From IMG/VR virus record IMGVR_UViG_3300019458_000020, positions 124,001-188,000 of that record: a stretch of 64,000 nucleotides of DNA; one strand, written 5' to 3'. The translations under genes and the position numbers were made by a program. Each line of letters opens with the position of its first letter. The first letter of the stretch is position 1. Positions 21,059 to 31,754 of this stretch are shown in pieces. Under the pieces are notes generated by a model. It did not search any database. It had not been told where the DNA came from and was given only the letters and a program-made list of their open reading frames with translations.

Positions 21059-21826
21059 TTAGTTTGAAGTCATTATAATAATATTTGTCCTCTTCTTTTT
21101 TCTATTTTTCCACAGATTTTCTCTGTGTTCTTTACTTTTAGGTTGATTTTTAAGTTTATTACTGATTTTCAATCTTCGGCTTATTTCAATCTCTTCTTTG
21201 GATATTCCTAGACTCCATCCTTTAACGGATTTTCTTTTTCCACTTATCATATAATGTACTGCGGAGGAATCCAGATTATATTTTTTCCTTAAATCATATT
21301 GTGTACATTCTTCAACCAAATTTAATTTGGCATTTATAAACTTGTATAATTGGTCGTCGTATCGAGCATTATTACTTCCAGTATGGGCTAATCGGTTTTT
21401 ATGTTTTTGTTCCTCGGTCTTAGGTGTACCGAACATATAAGACCTGTCTCCTTTTAAGGCGTAACTTTGTCTTTTTCTGGTTTTTTCTGACCGGAATGAA
21501 TTCCCACACCAACTCATTAAATAATTACATAGATTATCTATTCCATAGAAATCAATACATGCAGTTTCTAATGCCAACGATTCTAATTCCTCCATGTCTT
21601 CTTTTACTTTTTCGTATATAATGTGGTCACCAGAATCTATGATATTTTTGATTCTATAAAACAAGTCATAATTGGTTTTATTTGGGATTTTATTTAATAG
21701 AACATCCTTTTCGTGTTTATACATTCTACTTCCACAACCTTTACCAACATAAAAAACAGAACTATCCTTAGAATCCAATAACAAATATGTGTAATATTTA
21801 TTACTTTTCGATGTGGACATAACCAT
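21059..21826 (-). CDS. GIY-YIG (LEM-3-like) homing endonuclease with NUMOD3-like repeats
   Basis: YTYLLLD....VFYVGKGCGSRMYKH; KTEEQKHK and KSKEHRENL repeats. Confidence 0.8.
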   Translation of the reverse strand: MVMSTSKSNKYYTYLLLDSKDSSVFYVGKGCGSRMYKHEKDVLLNKIPNKTNYDLFYRIKNIIDSGDHIIYEKVKEDMEELESLALETACIDFYGIDNLCNYLMSWCGNSFRSEKTRKRQSYALKGDRSYMFGTPKTEEQKHKNRLAHTGSNNARYDDQLYKFINAKLNLVEECTQYDLRKKYNLDSSAVHYMISGKRKSVKGWSLGISKEEIEISRRLKISNKLKNQPKSKEHRENLWKNRKKKRTNIIIMTSN

Positions 21827-21832
21827 TTTACA

Positions 21833-22699
21833 TTATGATTTTATATAATTGTTAACGTTGACTTTTCCTTCATTCATATAAGACATAGAAACAGTATTTT
21901 GATATTGTTTCATTTTATTTATGACTTTTGTTATCTGCTGTGTTTTACACTCGGCAATTTCTCGTATGTAAAGATACAATGCTTTCTTATTATAAGCTTC
22001 TATTCGGTCGGAATTTCTAAAGAGTTCTATAACCGCGTTAGCAATATCTAAATCTCTTTGTTTGGTGAATATTTTGTTAACATTATTTTCCCAAAATTTT
22101 ACCATTAAATTCATGAATTCTGTATTCTCAGAATTTTTATAGTGTTTGTCTTCACTTTGAAGTTGGACGGTATTTTCATCCTTTTCTTCACTAATATCTA
22201 CGTGTTGATTGAATCTTTTATAATTTCCATTGTTCAGAGCAATAAGATAATGTTTTGCAACCACTGAAAAATAAGAATATGCTTTGCTTCCCTTGTTAGC
22301 ATCGAATTTATGTAACACAGACACTAAAAATCCTACGACATCTTTTTGTACATCAATTGGACTCGTATCAAAATAAGTAAATTTGAAAGTGTTAAATACA
22401 TTTTCTACCAATTTTTCGAACGCATATTTAATCTTCTCATTATAAATTGTATTTCTTTTTTCTTGGTCCTGTTCAAGATTATAATCGATGATAGCTTGTT
22501 CGGTTTCAGAAGTAAAATACATTTTATTGACTGAAGGTTTCTTTTCCTTTTCTACTGAAACAACAGGAGCAGTTTCTACGGTTGGAACTTTTTCAACTTT
22601 CTTTTCCACTACAGGAGTCAATCGCATTGATTTCTTTGAATGTTTCTTAACCTTCACGGATTTTAATTTCTTAGGCTTCATTTTCGACGTTTTTTTCAT
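21833..22699 (-). CDS. Phage sigma factor, T4 gp55-like (late transcription)
   Basis: YF...EQAIIDY...YAFEKLVEN...KFDANKGSKAYSYFSVVAKHY is a region-2-like motif of gp55-type sigma factors; Lys-rich N-terminal extension. Confidence 0.65.
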   Translation of the reverse strand: MKKTSKMKPKKLKSVKVKKHSKKSMRLTPVVEKKVEKVPTVETAPVVSVEKEKKPSVNKMYFTSETEQAIIDYNLEQDQEKRNTIYNEKIKYAFEKLVENVFNTFKFTYFDTSPIDVQKDVVGFLVSVLHKFDANKGSKAYSYFSVVAKHYLIALNNGNYKRFNQHVDISEEKDENTVQLQSEDKHYKNSENTEFMNLMVKFWENNVNKIFTKQRDLDIANAVIELFRNSDRIEAYNKKALYLYIREIAECKTQQITKVINKMKQYQNTVSMSYMNEGKVNVNNYIKS

Positions 22700-22991
22700 T
22701 TTGTTCTCCTTCTTCGGTTTCCAATCCTTGAGTTCGAATGTTTAGTCGTTCTATGAGTTCTAACATTTGTTGAAATATGACACCAACATCGTCATCCTTT
22801 TCAAACATTTGTTTCTTGTCTATTTCTTTTATATTTTGGTAGGTAGATAGAACGTCTTCAGAAAATTCTAGTATCCATCGTTCATATAACTCGGCCTTCA
22901 GCATTTGCCATTGGCCAGCTTTAAATAAATAAACATTCAATACTAAAGAAACAATCAATAGTACAGACAAAACAACAATTGTTAAAATCAT
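22671..22991 (-). CDS. Hypothetical membrane-anchored coiled-coil protein
   Basis: N-terminal hydrophobic helix MILTIVVLSVLLIVSLVLNVYLF. Confidence 0.6.
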   Translation of the reverse strand: MILTIVVLSVLLIVSLVLNVYLFKAGQWQMLKAELYERWILEFSEDVLSTYQNIKEIDKKQMFEKDDDVGVIFQQMLELIERLNIRTQGLETEEGEQNEKNVENEA

Positions 22992-22994
22992 ATA

Positions 22995-23132
22995 TTACTC
23001 ATCCACTTCATCGATAGGATTTTCGAGATACTCTTGAAGATAATCTAACGCTTCTTCAACACCATCCCAGTCTTCCGATCTTTTGGCATCCTTGAGTAAT
23101 TTTACTAAGTAATTAATATCAGATTGATTCAT
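22995..23132 (-). CDS. Small acidic hypothetical protein (45 aa)
   Basis: Manually read MNQSDINYLVKLLKDAKRSEDWDGVEEALDYLQEYLENPIDEVDE*; abuts the next gene. Confidence 0.5.
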   Translation of the reverse strand: MNQSDINYLVKLLKDAKRSEDWDGVEEALDYLQEYLENPIDEVDE

Positions 23133-23264
23133 GTTGGCTAAAATTTATTTCTATAACCAGACACATACATAGTAATATTTTTTCAATTCTGCCTTTAATA
23201 TTTGAAGTTACTATTAAAATGTACTTCTGGCAAGTACAATTAATAATTATAATTCATAATGTTT

Positions 23265-24272
23265 TTATTTAAAATAACCTTTAGCAAAAGTATCATAGTG
23301 ACCAGCGGAAGTAGATGGCGTGGCTGGTGGTTGTTCAGGTGCCGGAACGGGGGCAGGTGGTTCGACTGAAACAGGCTCTATTTTCTCTTGTATAATTTCT
23401 TTTACAGGCGGAGTCTCTGGTATAATTACATTTTTTGTAGTAGATGCGATTGGTAAGTCGTGAACAGAATCATCCTCTTTTCTATAAACTGACACGTTAT
23501 AAGCAAGTATTAAACATATAGCTAATGGGTCAAATACAACAATAATCATTAAAATGAACCATCTAGCAACAGAATCCAATGATATACCCAAAGCGTCGGC
23601 CACGAATTTAAAAGTTTGTATATCTTTCTTCTCAGAAGAACCCAATTTCATTTCATTGATTTTGCCATCTATTTTTATTAATTCGTCTGTTGCTCTGTTG
23701 ATTCTTCCGTTCTCATCTTTTATATTAATTTCAGTCTGTTGAATAATTTCTGCCGTTTGTTCCTGAATCTGTCTAAGTAATATCGGATTTCTATTAATAG
23801 TTGAATTCGTCAATACTTCACTCAGACGTGATTCCTGCATCGAACGTAATTTATTTAATTCTTCTATTCTAGTTTTGGCTGATTGGATTATACTCTCCTG
23901 ATTCGGTTTTTGTGCAACGAGTAATTCTATTCTTTCTTGAGAAACCTTGAACTCAATAGATGATTTTTGATATGCTGAAGAAAGATATCCAAATATTCCT
24001 AACGATGTTATTATCATTAAGAGAATAACCGATGCACAGAGATATGATTTCAAAAGTGTTTTGGTTTTTGTCCAGTATCTATAAAGATATGTTGTCGCAA
24101 CTATTTTTCCTATTTCTAATACTGATGCCATGACCATAGATGCAATAGCTGCTCCCGCAAACAGTGTGCCTACTCCATAAACCGAAAACGCAGCGGCACA
24201 TAATGCAATTAATAATGATGTACATCCCAATATAAATGGAAATTTTTTCATTGATAACAATATGTTTTTCAT
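23265..24272 (-). CDS. Multi-pass membrane protein with central coiled coil
   Basis: Three N-terminal TM helices, a coiled coil, C-terminal TM WFILMIIVVFDPLAICLILAY and a Pro-rich tail. Confidence 0.65.
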   Translation of the reverse strand: MKNILLSMKKFPFILGCTSLLIALCAAAFSVYGVGTLFAGAAIASMVMASVLEIGKIVATTYLYRYWTKTKTLLKSYLCASVILLMIITSLGIFGYLSSAYQKSSIEFKVSQERIELLVAQKPNQESIIQSAKTRIEELNKLRSMQESRLSEVLTNSTINRNPILLRQIQEQTAEIIQQTEINIKDENGRINRATDELIKIDGKINEMKLGSSEKKDIQTFKFVADALGISLDSVARWFILMIIVVFDPLAICLILAYNVSVYRKEDDSVHDLPIASTTKNVIIPETPPVKEIIQEKIEPVSVEPPAPVPAPEQPPATPSTSAGHYDTFAKGYFK

Positions 24273-24280
24273 AAATTATT

Positions 24281-25771
24281 TTAAGCAAATGGTATCCACG
24301 AACTTGATATATCTGTTCTAATAGGAACGGAAGATAGAGGAAATCCTTGAACAATAACCGATACCGTAAAGAAATTGGCTATAGCCGGCAAACTGACTGT
24401 AGTTGCATAGACTACATCCCCAACGGATAATCCTGATGTAGATGCTGAAAAGCTCGCACTCAAATATCTTGACCCGGACCAGAAATTACAAGATGCCGAT
24501 ACGTATCCTGCCGACAATGCACCTGCAGTCACCGAAAAAGGAAGAATATAATTTCTTCCGTGATTACCATTTTTATTTCCATGAAAATTATATACCGCAC
24601 CTACGTGATTCATTGACGATGTTGGAGCAACCATAATTCCCTGAACAACCTCTTTATCAGAATGAATGATAGCTTTTAATGATTCGCTAGCAGGATATAA
24701 CCATTTTTCATATTGATTATTATCTATCGATGCACTGAAATTTTCTGGAAGAAGATAAAGTCCTGTAGCTTGTCCAACATCTGTACTACTATCATTTCTG
24801 TGTGCTCTATCGGATAATAGTATCGTATCTCCCAAACTAGGTGGAATATACATTCTATTGACCACCCACATAATATAACTTCCTGCAGCAACATTATCTT
24901 TCTTGAACATTAAGTTGTGACAATAATTATGAACAAATGTTATGGCATTGTCCGTACCATTTACTGATCTATATCCTTGAAATAATTTATAGTCATCCGC
25001 AGTTCCTAATCTATCATTATATGAAGCCGTTCTATATATTCCAGGTGCAGAAGACTCGGTTATAGGCAACCATCTTACTTCTACGGTTGTAAATCCAACT
25101 GGAGGACTAGTTCCATCACATCCTAAAACAGCTCTCATAAAAACTACTATATCTGTGTCGTTTTCTGTTACAATAATAGGGACGCCTCTTTCTGTTGGAT
25201 CCGTCCAGCCCCACCTAGAACTTGTAAATCCACTTGCAGTAAATGGACCAAAAACTTGTTGAAAATTAATATCCGTTTCTGCCAAATTAATATATGATGC
25301 GGTGATTGCTAAATCCGACTCAAGTGTATAAGTTGATACAGGTGCGGAAGGAGTAAATAAAGCATAAGAAGTAGAAAATACATTACTTGTACTTATTGCC
25401 AATTGAGCAAATGACGCTGTATCTACTAGAGACGCTGTTATAGATGTTAATGCAAACCCACCCCCCAATGTATTTGATGAAGATATTGCAAATGATGCTG
25501 TACCGTTTGTTGGAGTTGTATTGTTTATAAATAATCCAACAGATGAAGTAAATACCGAACTAGCTGTAGCAACAAATGATGAAGATACAGAAAATAATGA
25601 AGAACTTGCCCAACTACCGGATGCAAACGAACCACTCAGAGATGTCCAATTATTAAATGTAAATATTGTAGCTTTTTTGGAAGTCAATGATCCACTATCC
25701 ACAACATACAAGAAATCATTTCCTGTTGATGAGGTTATAGAGGCCGTTAGTTGTGATATCGTCGTTGGCAT
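24281..25771 (-). CDS. Tail fibre/receptor-binding-like protein (paralogue 1 of 3)
   Basis: N-terminal ISQL..GNDFLYVVDSG, ASYA/ASFA repeats and FGPFTASG..WGWTDP..GVPI shared with neighbours. Confidence 0.55.
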   Translation of the reverse strand: MPTTISQLTASITSSTGNDFLYVVDSGSLTSKKATIFTFNNWTSLSGSFASGSWASSSLFSVSSSFVATASSVFTSSVGLFINNTTPTNGTASFAISSSNTLGGGFALTSITASLVDTASFAQLAISTSNVFSTSYALFTPSAPVSTYTLESDLAITASYINLAETDINFQQVFGPFTASGFTSSRWGWTDPTERGVPIIVTENDTDIVVFMRAVLGCDGTSPPVGFTTVEVRWLPITESSAPGIYRTASYNDRLGTADDYKLFQGYRSVNGTDNAITFVHNYCHNLMFKKDNVAAGSYIMWVVNRMYIPPSLGDTILLSDRAHRNDSSTDVGQATGLYLLPENFSASIDNNQYEKWLYPASESLKAIIHSDKEVVQGIMVAPTSSMNHVGAVYNFHGNKNGNHGRNYILPFSVTAGALSAGYVSASCNFWSGSRYLSASFSASTSGLSVGDVVYATTVSLPAIANFFTVSVIVQGFPLSSVPIRTDISSSWIPFA

Positions 25772-25774
25772 AAA

Positions 25775-27259
25775 TTATGGATTTCCTATAATTACAAATG
25801 AACAACTCTCATTCGTGCGTATAGGTACAGGAGACAAAGGTATTCCACTCACTACGACGGATGTAGTCCATCTATTTGCTACGGCTGGTAATCCATCCAT
25901 GAAAGCAACTGCAACATCTCCTAAAGATAATCCGGTTGTTGGAATACTTGCTGAAGCACTATGGCTAGCCGATAAAACATTAGAACCAGACATATACATA
26001 AATGATGCTGAACAAAATCCTAAACTTAAAGATTGACTATTGACTAAAAACGGAAATGCATATACTCTTCCGAATCTCCCGGCGTGCCTTCCACCAATCA
26101 AATTATTGTTTGATACAGATGACGTAGAAGCAAACATAATTCCTTGTTGAACTTCTTTATCAGCATAAATTAATGTACGAACGGAACCACTTGTATATTG
26201 AATCCATTGATGCAATGAATGGTCAGGAGTTTCATTTGGTAGGGCAGTATCTACTAATACATCCGGAAAAGATTCTCTGAACATACCACTTTCTAATGGA
26301 ACTTCGATTTCTTGTGCATTAGAATCTTCTGGAGAATCAACACGATATCCTTTATTTTCTATCCAAAGAATATGATTTCCTCTATTCAGTGTTTTTCTAA
26401 AATATAATTTTACAGAATCGGCGACTAAACGATTAACGTCATTTAAACATGGCATCAAAGGAACATAATCTTCCGAAGAATCTAATGATTCAGTATATGG
26501 CGAACGAGGAAAAATATAATCGCCAGCAGAAGAAGTAATATTTCTAAATCTGGCTTCAATCGTGTTAATTGAAAAATAACCACCTTCTCTATTATCTCCA
26601 CGTCCACTAATTTTAACTGTTATATCAAATAATACATTTGTTCCATCGTTTAATACCATAATAGGAACACCTTGAAATAATGGGTCTGTCCAAGACCAAG
26701 GAGAACCAGAATGAGCACTTGAAGTAAATGGTCCATACCAAAGTGGAATTCCTTGAGCTAAATCTAAATTAATATATGATGCAGTTTGTGCGTGCTTGGT
26801 ATAATTTGTAGTTGATGCGGTGATTGTATTTTTTGTTACTTGAGAGAATGAAGAAGATACAACATTGCTTGCTGTTTTTGCTAATTGAACGAACGATGCA
26901 GTATTTGCTAGAAATGAACTATTTGCTCGGTCTATTACGGAACCTGTTCTAGCATACGATGAAGTAATTGCCCACCATACTGTACCGTTATTATCCGTGC
27001 CATTATAATATAAAAATAATCCTACTCCTGCATTTATTGCATAACTGGCGGATGGGTTAAAGGATGTGGTGACAGCAGTAAATGATCTACTTACCCAACT
27101 TGCACTTAATGCCGAACCACTGTTTTGAAACCATGTATTAAATGCAGATAAAGACGTTCGGAATGTTTGCATTACCGAACCACTATCAACTACAACGATA
27201 AAATCGTTGGATGATATATTTACTATTTCATTTAGTTCGCTGACTTTTATATTTGCCAT
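25775..27259 (-). CDS. Tail fibre/receptor-binding-like protein (paralogue 2 of 3)
   Basis: MANIKVSEL..NDFIVVVDSG; YGPFTSS..WSWTDP..GVPI; ADKEVQQGIMFA. Confidence 0.55.
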   Translation of the reverse strand: MANIKVSELNEIVNISSNDFIVVVDSGSVMQTFRTSLSAFNTWFQNSGSALSASWVSRSFTAVTTSFNPSASYAINAGVGLFLYYNGTDNNGTVWWAITSSYARTGSVIDRANSSFLANTASFVQLAKTASNVVSSSFSQVTKNTITASTTNYTKHAQTASYINLDLAQGIPLWYGPFTSSAHSGSPWSWTDPLFQGVPIMVLNDGTNVLFDITVKISGRGDNREGGYFSINTIEARFRNITSSAGDYIFPRSPYTESLDSSEDYVPLMPCLNDVNRLVADSVKLYFRKTLNRGNHILWIENKGYRVDSPEDSNAQEIEVPLESGMFRESFPDVLVDTALPNETPDHSLHQWIQYTSGSVRTLIYADKEVQQGIMFASTSSVSNNNLIGGRHAGRFGRVYAFPFLVNSQSLSLGFCSASFMYMSGSNVLSASHSASASIPTTGLSLGDVAVAFMDGLPAVANRWTTSVVVSGIPLSPVPIRTNESCSFVIIGNP

Positions 27260-27262
27260 AAA

Positions 27263-28747
27263 TTACGTTGCTACCCAAGAACTACTTACATCTGTTCGAA
27301 TTGGTATTTGTGATAGTAATGCTCCTTGTGTAACAGATAATACTTTCCAATTTGTAGCCACACTCGGAATCGACCCTAAATATGCTACGACCATTGCATT
27401 TTCTGTCGAACCAGCAGACGCTGAAAAACTTGCTGTATAAATAGATGATGCACTTGTATAGGTAAATGATGCTCTACAATTTCCATTAGAAATTGCTCCA
27501 GCAGTAACTAAAAATGGTAAAGCATAAACTCTCCCAAATGACCCGGCAAACAATCTTCCTATAAAATCGTATCGTGGAGACGGACTGCTTCTAAATGAAA
27601 TTGACGCCGTTGGTGCAAACATAATTCCTTGTTTTACTTCATTGTTGGCGTAAACAAGAGCCTTTACAGAACCACTGGTAGGCCATATCCAACATTCCAA
27701 CTCTTCATCACTAGAAATAGATGGTGCTTGGTCATAAAGATAATATTGAGATGGTATGGCATCACCACTACCATTATAATATGCTCGATCGGTGACAATA
27801 TTTCCGATAGTTTTATTTGATATAAATGCTTTTCTCGTTACTCTCGAATAAAACCATAAAATATAACTACCTCTTTTTACTCCGGTTTTTTTAAATGTGC
27901 TTGTTAGTGTATGATTATACGAAAAATAAGAAGGACTCCAACTCATTATATACTGAAAATCGTCCGACGTTCCTACTACTTCCGATGTAGATGGAATATC
28001 ATATACTCCAACGTTTGTAGATGCTGAGATGGGTTTCAATCTTACCTGTAACGTATGTAATCCACCACTACTATCTGCATCATTCATTATATTGCATGTC
28101 GCCATTATTGTTATGTCTGTATCATCATGTAATACACAAATAGGAATTCCTCGTTCTATTGGATCCGTCCATCCCCATTTTGAACCAGAGTAACCACTTG
28201 CTGTAAATGGTCCATACCACTTAGGAATATTTGTTGAAAAAGTGCCCAAGTTAATATACGAAGCAGTTTCGGCAAAAGATGAAGTTTTAACGAATGAAGC
28301 AGTTTGTGCTAATAAGGTCAATAAAGAAAATGATGATGATAACACAAAACTTGCACTATTAGCATTTATTGCTAAAGATGCACTAGTTGCAATAGATGCA
28401 CTGACCGCATTAATAGCAACTGAACTTGTGTGTGCCCACGATGAAGATACGGCATTAGATGCTGTACCATTGAATCCACCATCATATTTTAAAAATTCTA
28501 TAAATGAGGATGTTTTTGCATAACTTGCCGACGGAATATAAGAAGCCGACGTGGAGTTTATAGCAAATTGAGCTAAACTTGCAGATAATACCGAACCACT
28601 CAGAGAAAAGAATCCATCATTTAAAGATTGAACCGATACTCTAAATGTTGTTAAAGAAGGCGCAGACCCGCTTTGAACAATTACTAAAAGGTCATCCCCA
28701 GTAATTGTTGTTAATGTCGCTAATTGACTTATTCTTATCTGAGCCAT
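27263..28747 (-). CDS. Tail fibre/receptor-binding-like protein (paralogue 3 of 3)
   Basis: MAQIRISQL..GDDLLVIVQSG; YGPFTASG..WGWTDP..GIPI; C-terminal PIRTDVSSSW. Confidence 0.55.
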   Translation of the reverse strand: MAQIRISQLATLTTITGDDLLVIVQSGSAPSLTTFRVSVQSLNDGFFSLSGSVLSASLAQFAINSTSASYIPSASYAKTSSFIEFLKYDGGFNGTASNAVSSSWAHTSSVAINAVSASIATSASLAINANSASFVLSSSFSLLTLLAQTASFVKTSSFAETASYINLGTFSTNIPKWYGPFTASGYSGSKWGWTDPIERGIPICVLHDDTDITIMATCNIMNDADSSGGLHTLQVRLKPISASTNVGVYDIPSTSEVVGTSDDFQYIMSWSPSYFSYNHTLTSTFKKTGVKRGSYILWFYSRVTRKAFISNKTIGNIVTDRAYYNGSGDAIPSQYYLYDQAPSISSDEELECWIWPTSGSVKALVYANNEVKQGIMFAPTASISFRSSPSPRYDFIGRLFAGSFGRVYALPFLVTAGAISNGNCRASFTYTSASSIYTASFSASAGSTENAMVVAYLGSIPSVATNWKVLSVTQGALLSQIPIRTDVSSSWVAT

Positions 28748-28764
28748 ACATAATTATTCATTCA

Positions 28765-30537
28765 TTAAATATACAATGGAATGTATGCGATTGTTCCTCC
28801 AACGTTCACCTGCATCCATCCTGAAGCCGTCGTCTGTAATGTTGGGCCTGTTGAAGAACTTTGTATTAATCTTAACATAGATGATGTCACTGCTTGACTA
28901 GCGGTACCATACAATGATGCCGATACAATACCTTCAAAGTAATTAATGTTATCAGCGCCTAATTGATAAATACCAAATTGATTTGCTGCTATAGATGCAG
29001 AATTTCTATTCAAATACAATCCGTATGAAGCCGAATTAGCAGTGATTGGGTCACTATAGAATGATGAACCACTTACTATAACACCACCACCACGATTTCT
29101 CAAAAGAGATCTAAAACCATAAGCATTCAATACTGTAGCAACACTAGAACCTGGGAATAGTGTATCAAAATTAGAATAGAAACTGACCGATGCTGTTACG
29201 CTACAGCTACTAGCAAATGTTGGTGTATAGGTAATTCCGGATGCAGTTGGATAAGTTTTTAATCCTGTAAGAGTATTGTATGCATTAATTGTAGTGATGT
29301 CATTTGTTATTTCGACTGTATTACCTACACCGACAACAGTTCCAATCGTCATTGCTTTAGCATCAGTATAACTTCCGGTTGTTCCGGCAGTAGATGTATC
29401 GGTTTCTATAAACAAAGTTCTTGGTAACAATGATTGAGAATTTTTCATCGTTATCTGATGAAAAGAATCAGGAGAAATAACACCAAGACCAATTCTTCCT
29501 GTGGAGTTGATAGTTGCCCATCGGTTTTGATTCGTTTTTATTGTGAAAGCATTACTATCATCCGTTCCAATGGTCGCTATTGCTCCAAAAGAATTACCGT
29601 TTTGTAAGAAAGCATTGGAATCCGAAGTAAGTTTACTTGCAGATACGGCATAAGATGAACTGAACGATGCAGAGGCCCACGATGCCGATGTTGCAGCAAA
29701 TGACCTAGATGCCCATGAGGCCGAAGTCGCAAAATCAGCAACAACAGCAAATACTGTATAAGAAGACGTGACGTTTATTTGAGAAAAAGATGCACTTCTG
29801 GCAAATAGAGCAAAGGATGAAGACAATGCATAAGACGAAGAAATTGCTAACGATGCGGTTCCATTTGGTGTTATTCCATCATAATTTAAAAAGTCTGCGG
29901 ACAAAGCCAGGGTTGCCACGTCAGAAGTATCGGAATCAAGAGCATGAAGTGCCTCATAAGCCCATGATGCAGTAGCAAATGATGCCGAACCTACAGCTGG
30001 ATTAAAATATGATGCAGTTACAGAATTAACTGCATTAGCAGCCTGAATAGCATAGGAAGCGGTTCCATTTCCTGTACCAGTGTAAATCAAAAATGAAGAA
30101 CTAAAAGCGTTTCTTGCCGTTGAAGCAGTCATTGCAAATGAAGCGGTTCCATTTGATGTTCCTGGAGTAAATACTAAAAATGATGCACTCGTTGCAAGTC
30201 CTGGAGTTGCCGCACCAATTACAAATGATGCAGTAACAGCAAATGATGCAGTTGTTGCTAATGGAGTAGTTAAAGCAAAACTAGCAGTCCTTGAAGTAAT
30301 TCCGTGAGATGCACTAGGAATTAAGCCGACATTATTTGGATCTATGTAAGAAGCTGTAGCAGCGGTTGTTGCAGTGGTGGCATTAAAACTTCCACTAGCT
30401 ACAATATAAGATAACAATTGACCGGCTTGAAGTTTCTTTGATTCTCTGGCACTCGAATCGACTATTAATAATAAATCGTTCGATGATACTTCTCCGGCAG
30501 TAAGTTCTACAAGTTGTGATACTCTTTTATTGGACAT
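28765..30537 (-). CDS. Tail fibre-like protein with extensive ATSASYA repeats
   Basis: MSNKRVSQLVEL..NDLLLIVDS N-terminus shared with the three neighbours; C-terminal region is different. Confidence 0.55.
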   Translation of the reverse strand: MSNKRVSQLVELTAGEVSSNDLLLIVDSSARESKKLQAGQLLSYIVASGSFNATTATTAATASYIDPNNVGLIPSASHGITSRTASFALTTPLATTASFAVTASFVIGAATPGLATSASFLVFTPGTSNGTASFAMTASTARNAFSSSFLIYTGTGNGTASYAIQAANAVNSVTASYFNPAVGSASFATASWAYEALHALDSDTSDVATLALSADFLNYDGITPNGTASLAISSSYALSSSFALFARSASFSQINVTSSYTVFAVVADFATSASWASRSFAATSASWASASFSSSYAVSASKLTSDSNAFLQNGNSFGAIATIGTDDSNAFTIKTNQNRWATINSTGRIGLGVISPDSFHQITMKNSQSLLPRTLFIETDTSTAGTTGSYTDAKAMTIGTVVGVGNTVEITNDITTINAYNTLTGLKTYPTASGITYTPTFASSCSVTASVSFYSNFDTLFPGSSVATVLNAYGFRSLLRNRGGGVIVSGSSFYSDPITANSASYGLYLNRNSASIAANQFGIYQLGADNINYFEGIVSASLYGTASQAVTSSMLRLIQSSSTGPTLQTTASGWMQVNVGGTIAYIPLYI

Positions 30538-30592
30538 AGTTATATCCTCTACTCCAATAAATATGTATGGGTTAAAATAACAGGACGAATAA

Positions 30593-31327
30593 TTACTTTA
30601 CCGAAGTCTTTCTGAGTCTATTTATTATAAATTGAACCAATCCACTACGTACAATATCCTCTTCCGTAAAGATAAAGGTTTTGATTCCTTGTGATTGACT
30701 TTCCTCATCATTGAATTTGTTCATCAACTTTGTGAATCCGCTTTTATCTCTTATATCCGATTGGTCCGGATCTCCCAAAACAAATACCTTACTAAATTCA
30801 CCAATACGAGTAATTAAGGTAGTTAATTCCTTTTCGGTAAGATTTTGAGCCTCGTCAGCGATAATAACTTTAGCATTCCAGTTCAATCCTCTTAAAAATC
30901 CAACAGGAACAGCAGTAATTCTATTATCCTTCATTAATTTATCAATATCTCCCTTTGGTAATAATTCTATTAATTTATCCAATAGAGGTTGAATGTATGG
31001 TGCCATTTTTTCGTCTGCTTCTCCTGGCAAGAATCCTAACTTGGAATCCGAACTCTCTACGGCACTTCTGATGTATATTAAGTCACTCACTCTTTTTTCG
31101 TTCATCATCATCAATGATACTAGAACGGAAAGATATGTTTTTGATGTACCTGCTGGACCGGAAACAAACATTAATTTTGTAGATTTATCCAACGCCATTT
31201 CCATGAACTTTTCTTGAATCGGTTTTAATTCCCTACGAAATATATTTAATGAATCATTAAGTTTATTCCTCTGTGGGATTACAGGACTGTTGTCCCGAAC
31301 TTCTCTGTTCTTTTTGTTCTTTTTCAT
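30593..31327 (-). CDS. phoH: PhoH-family ATPase
   Basis: GPAGTSKT Walker A; RSAVE...LGFLPG; GFLRG..W; IIADEAQN; GDPDQSD. Confidence 0.95.
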   Translation of the reverse strand: MKKNKKNREVRDNSPVIPQRNKLNDSLNIFRRELKPIQEKFMEMALDKSTKLMFVSGPAGTSKTYLSVLVSLMMMNEKRVSDLIYIRSAVESSDSKLGFLPGEADEKMAPYIQPLLDKLIELLPKGDIDKLMKDNRITAVPVGFLRGLNWNAKVIIADEAQNLTEKELTTLITRIGEFSKVFVLGDPDQSDIRDKSGFTKLMNKFNDEESQSQGIKTFIFTEEDIVRSGLVQFIINRLRKTSVK

Positions 31328-31646
31328 TATGGTTTGAGGTTTCCTTGAGAATGTTTTGTAATGTCACGACCCTTTTACAAAGTTCATACAATTCTTTATC
31401 CATGTAGAATTTGTATATATTATTTAAATTTGATAAATAATCTTTGGTGGATAGTGTGATTACAAACTTGGAATCTTTAAACTGAAAAACTTCAACTATT
31501 GGTAAGTTGTTTTCGATTGCAAATTGTATCGAATTAATAGTATGTTCCATCATCGGAACCTTATTACTCTTTACGAAGGACAATAATTCTGTATTTGCTG
31601 TTGGAAGAACATACTTAGCTAATCCTTTGGTGTTCTTATTAGCCAT
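31263..31646 (-). CDS. Hypothetical protein
   Basis: 127-aa ORF preceded by the ATATTTAT motif. Confidence 0.6.
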   Translation of the reverse strand: MANKNTKGLAKYVLPTANTELLSFVKSNKVPMMEHTINSIQFAIENNLPIVEVFQFKDSKFVITLSTKDYLSNLNNIYKFYMDKELYELCKRVVTLQNILKETSNHNEKEQKEQRSSGQQSCNPTEE

Positions 31647-31754
31647 AATTTTGTTGTACTAATAAATATTCCCAACAAATCCGATTGTTTAAAAAATAAA
31701 GCGTGCGTGGAAAGGAACACACCCTTATTATTTAACTAAAACGTATGAATGGAT

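Noticed and set aside
467-30000. Many short plus-strand ORFs in the track (e.g. 467-715, 722-1003, 25521-26036)
   Set aside because: They are antisense shadows of long, motif-bearing minus-strand genes.
24281-30537. Diversity-generating retroelement acting on the fibre genes
   Set aside because: No reverse transcriptase and no TR/VR pair differing only at adenines was seen.
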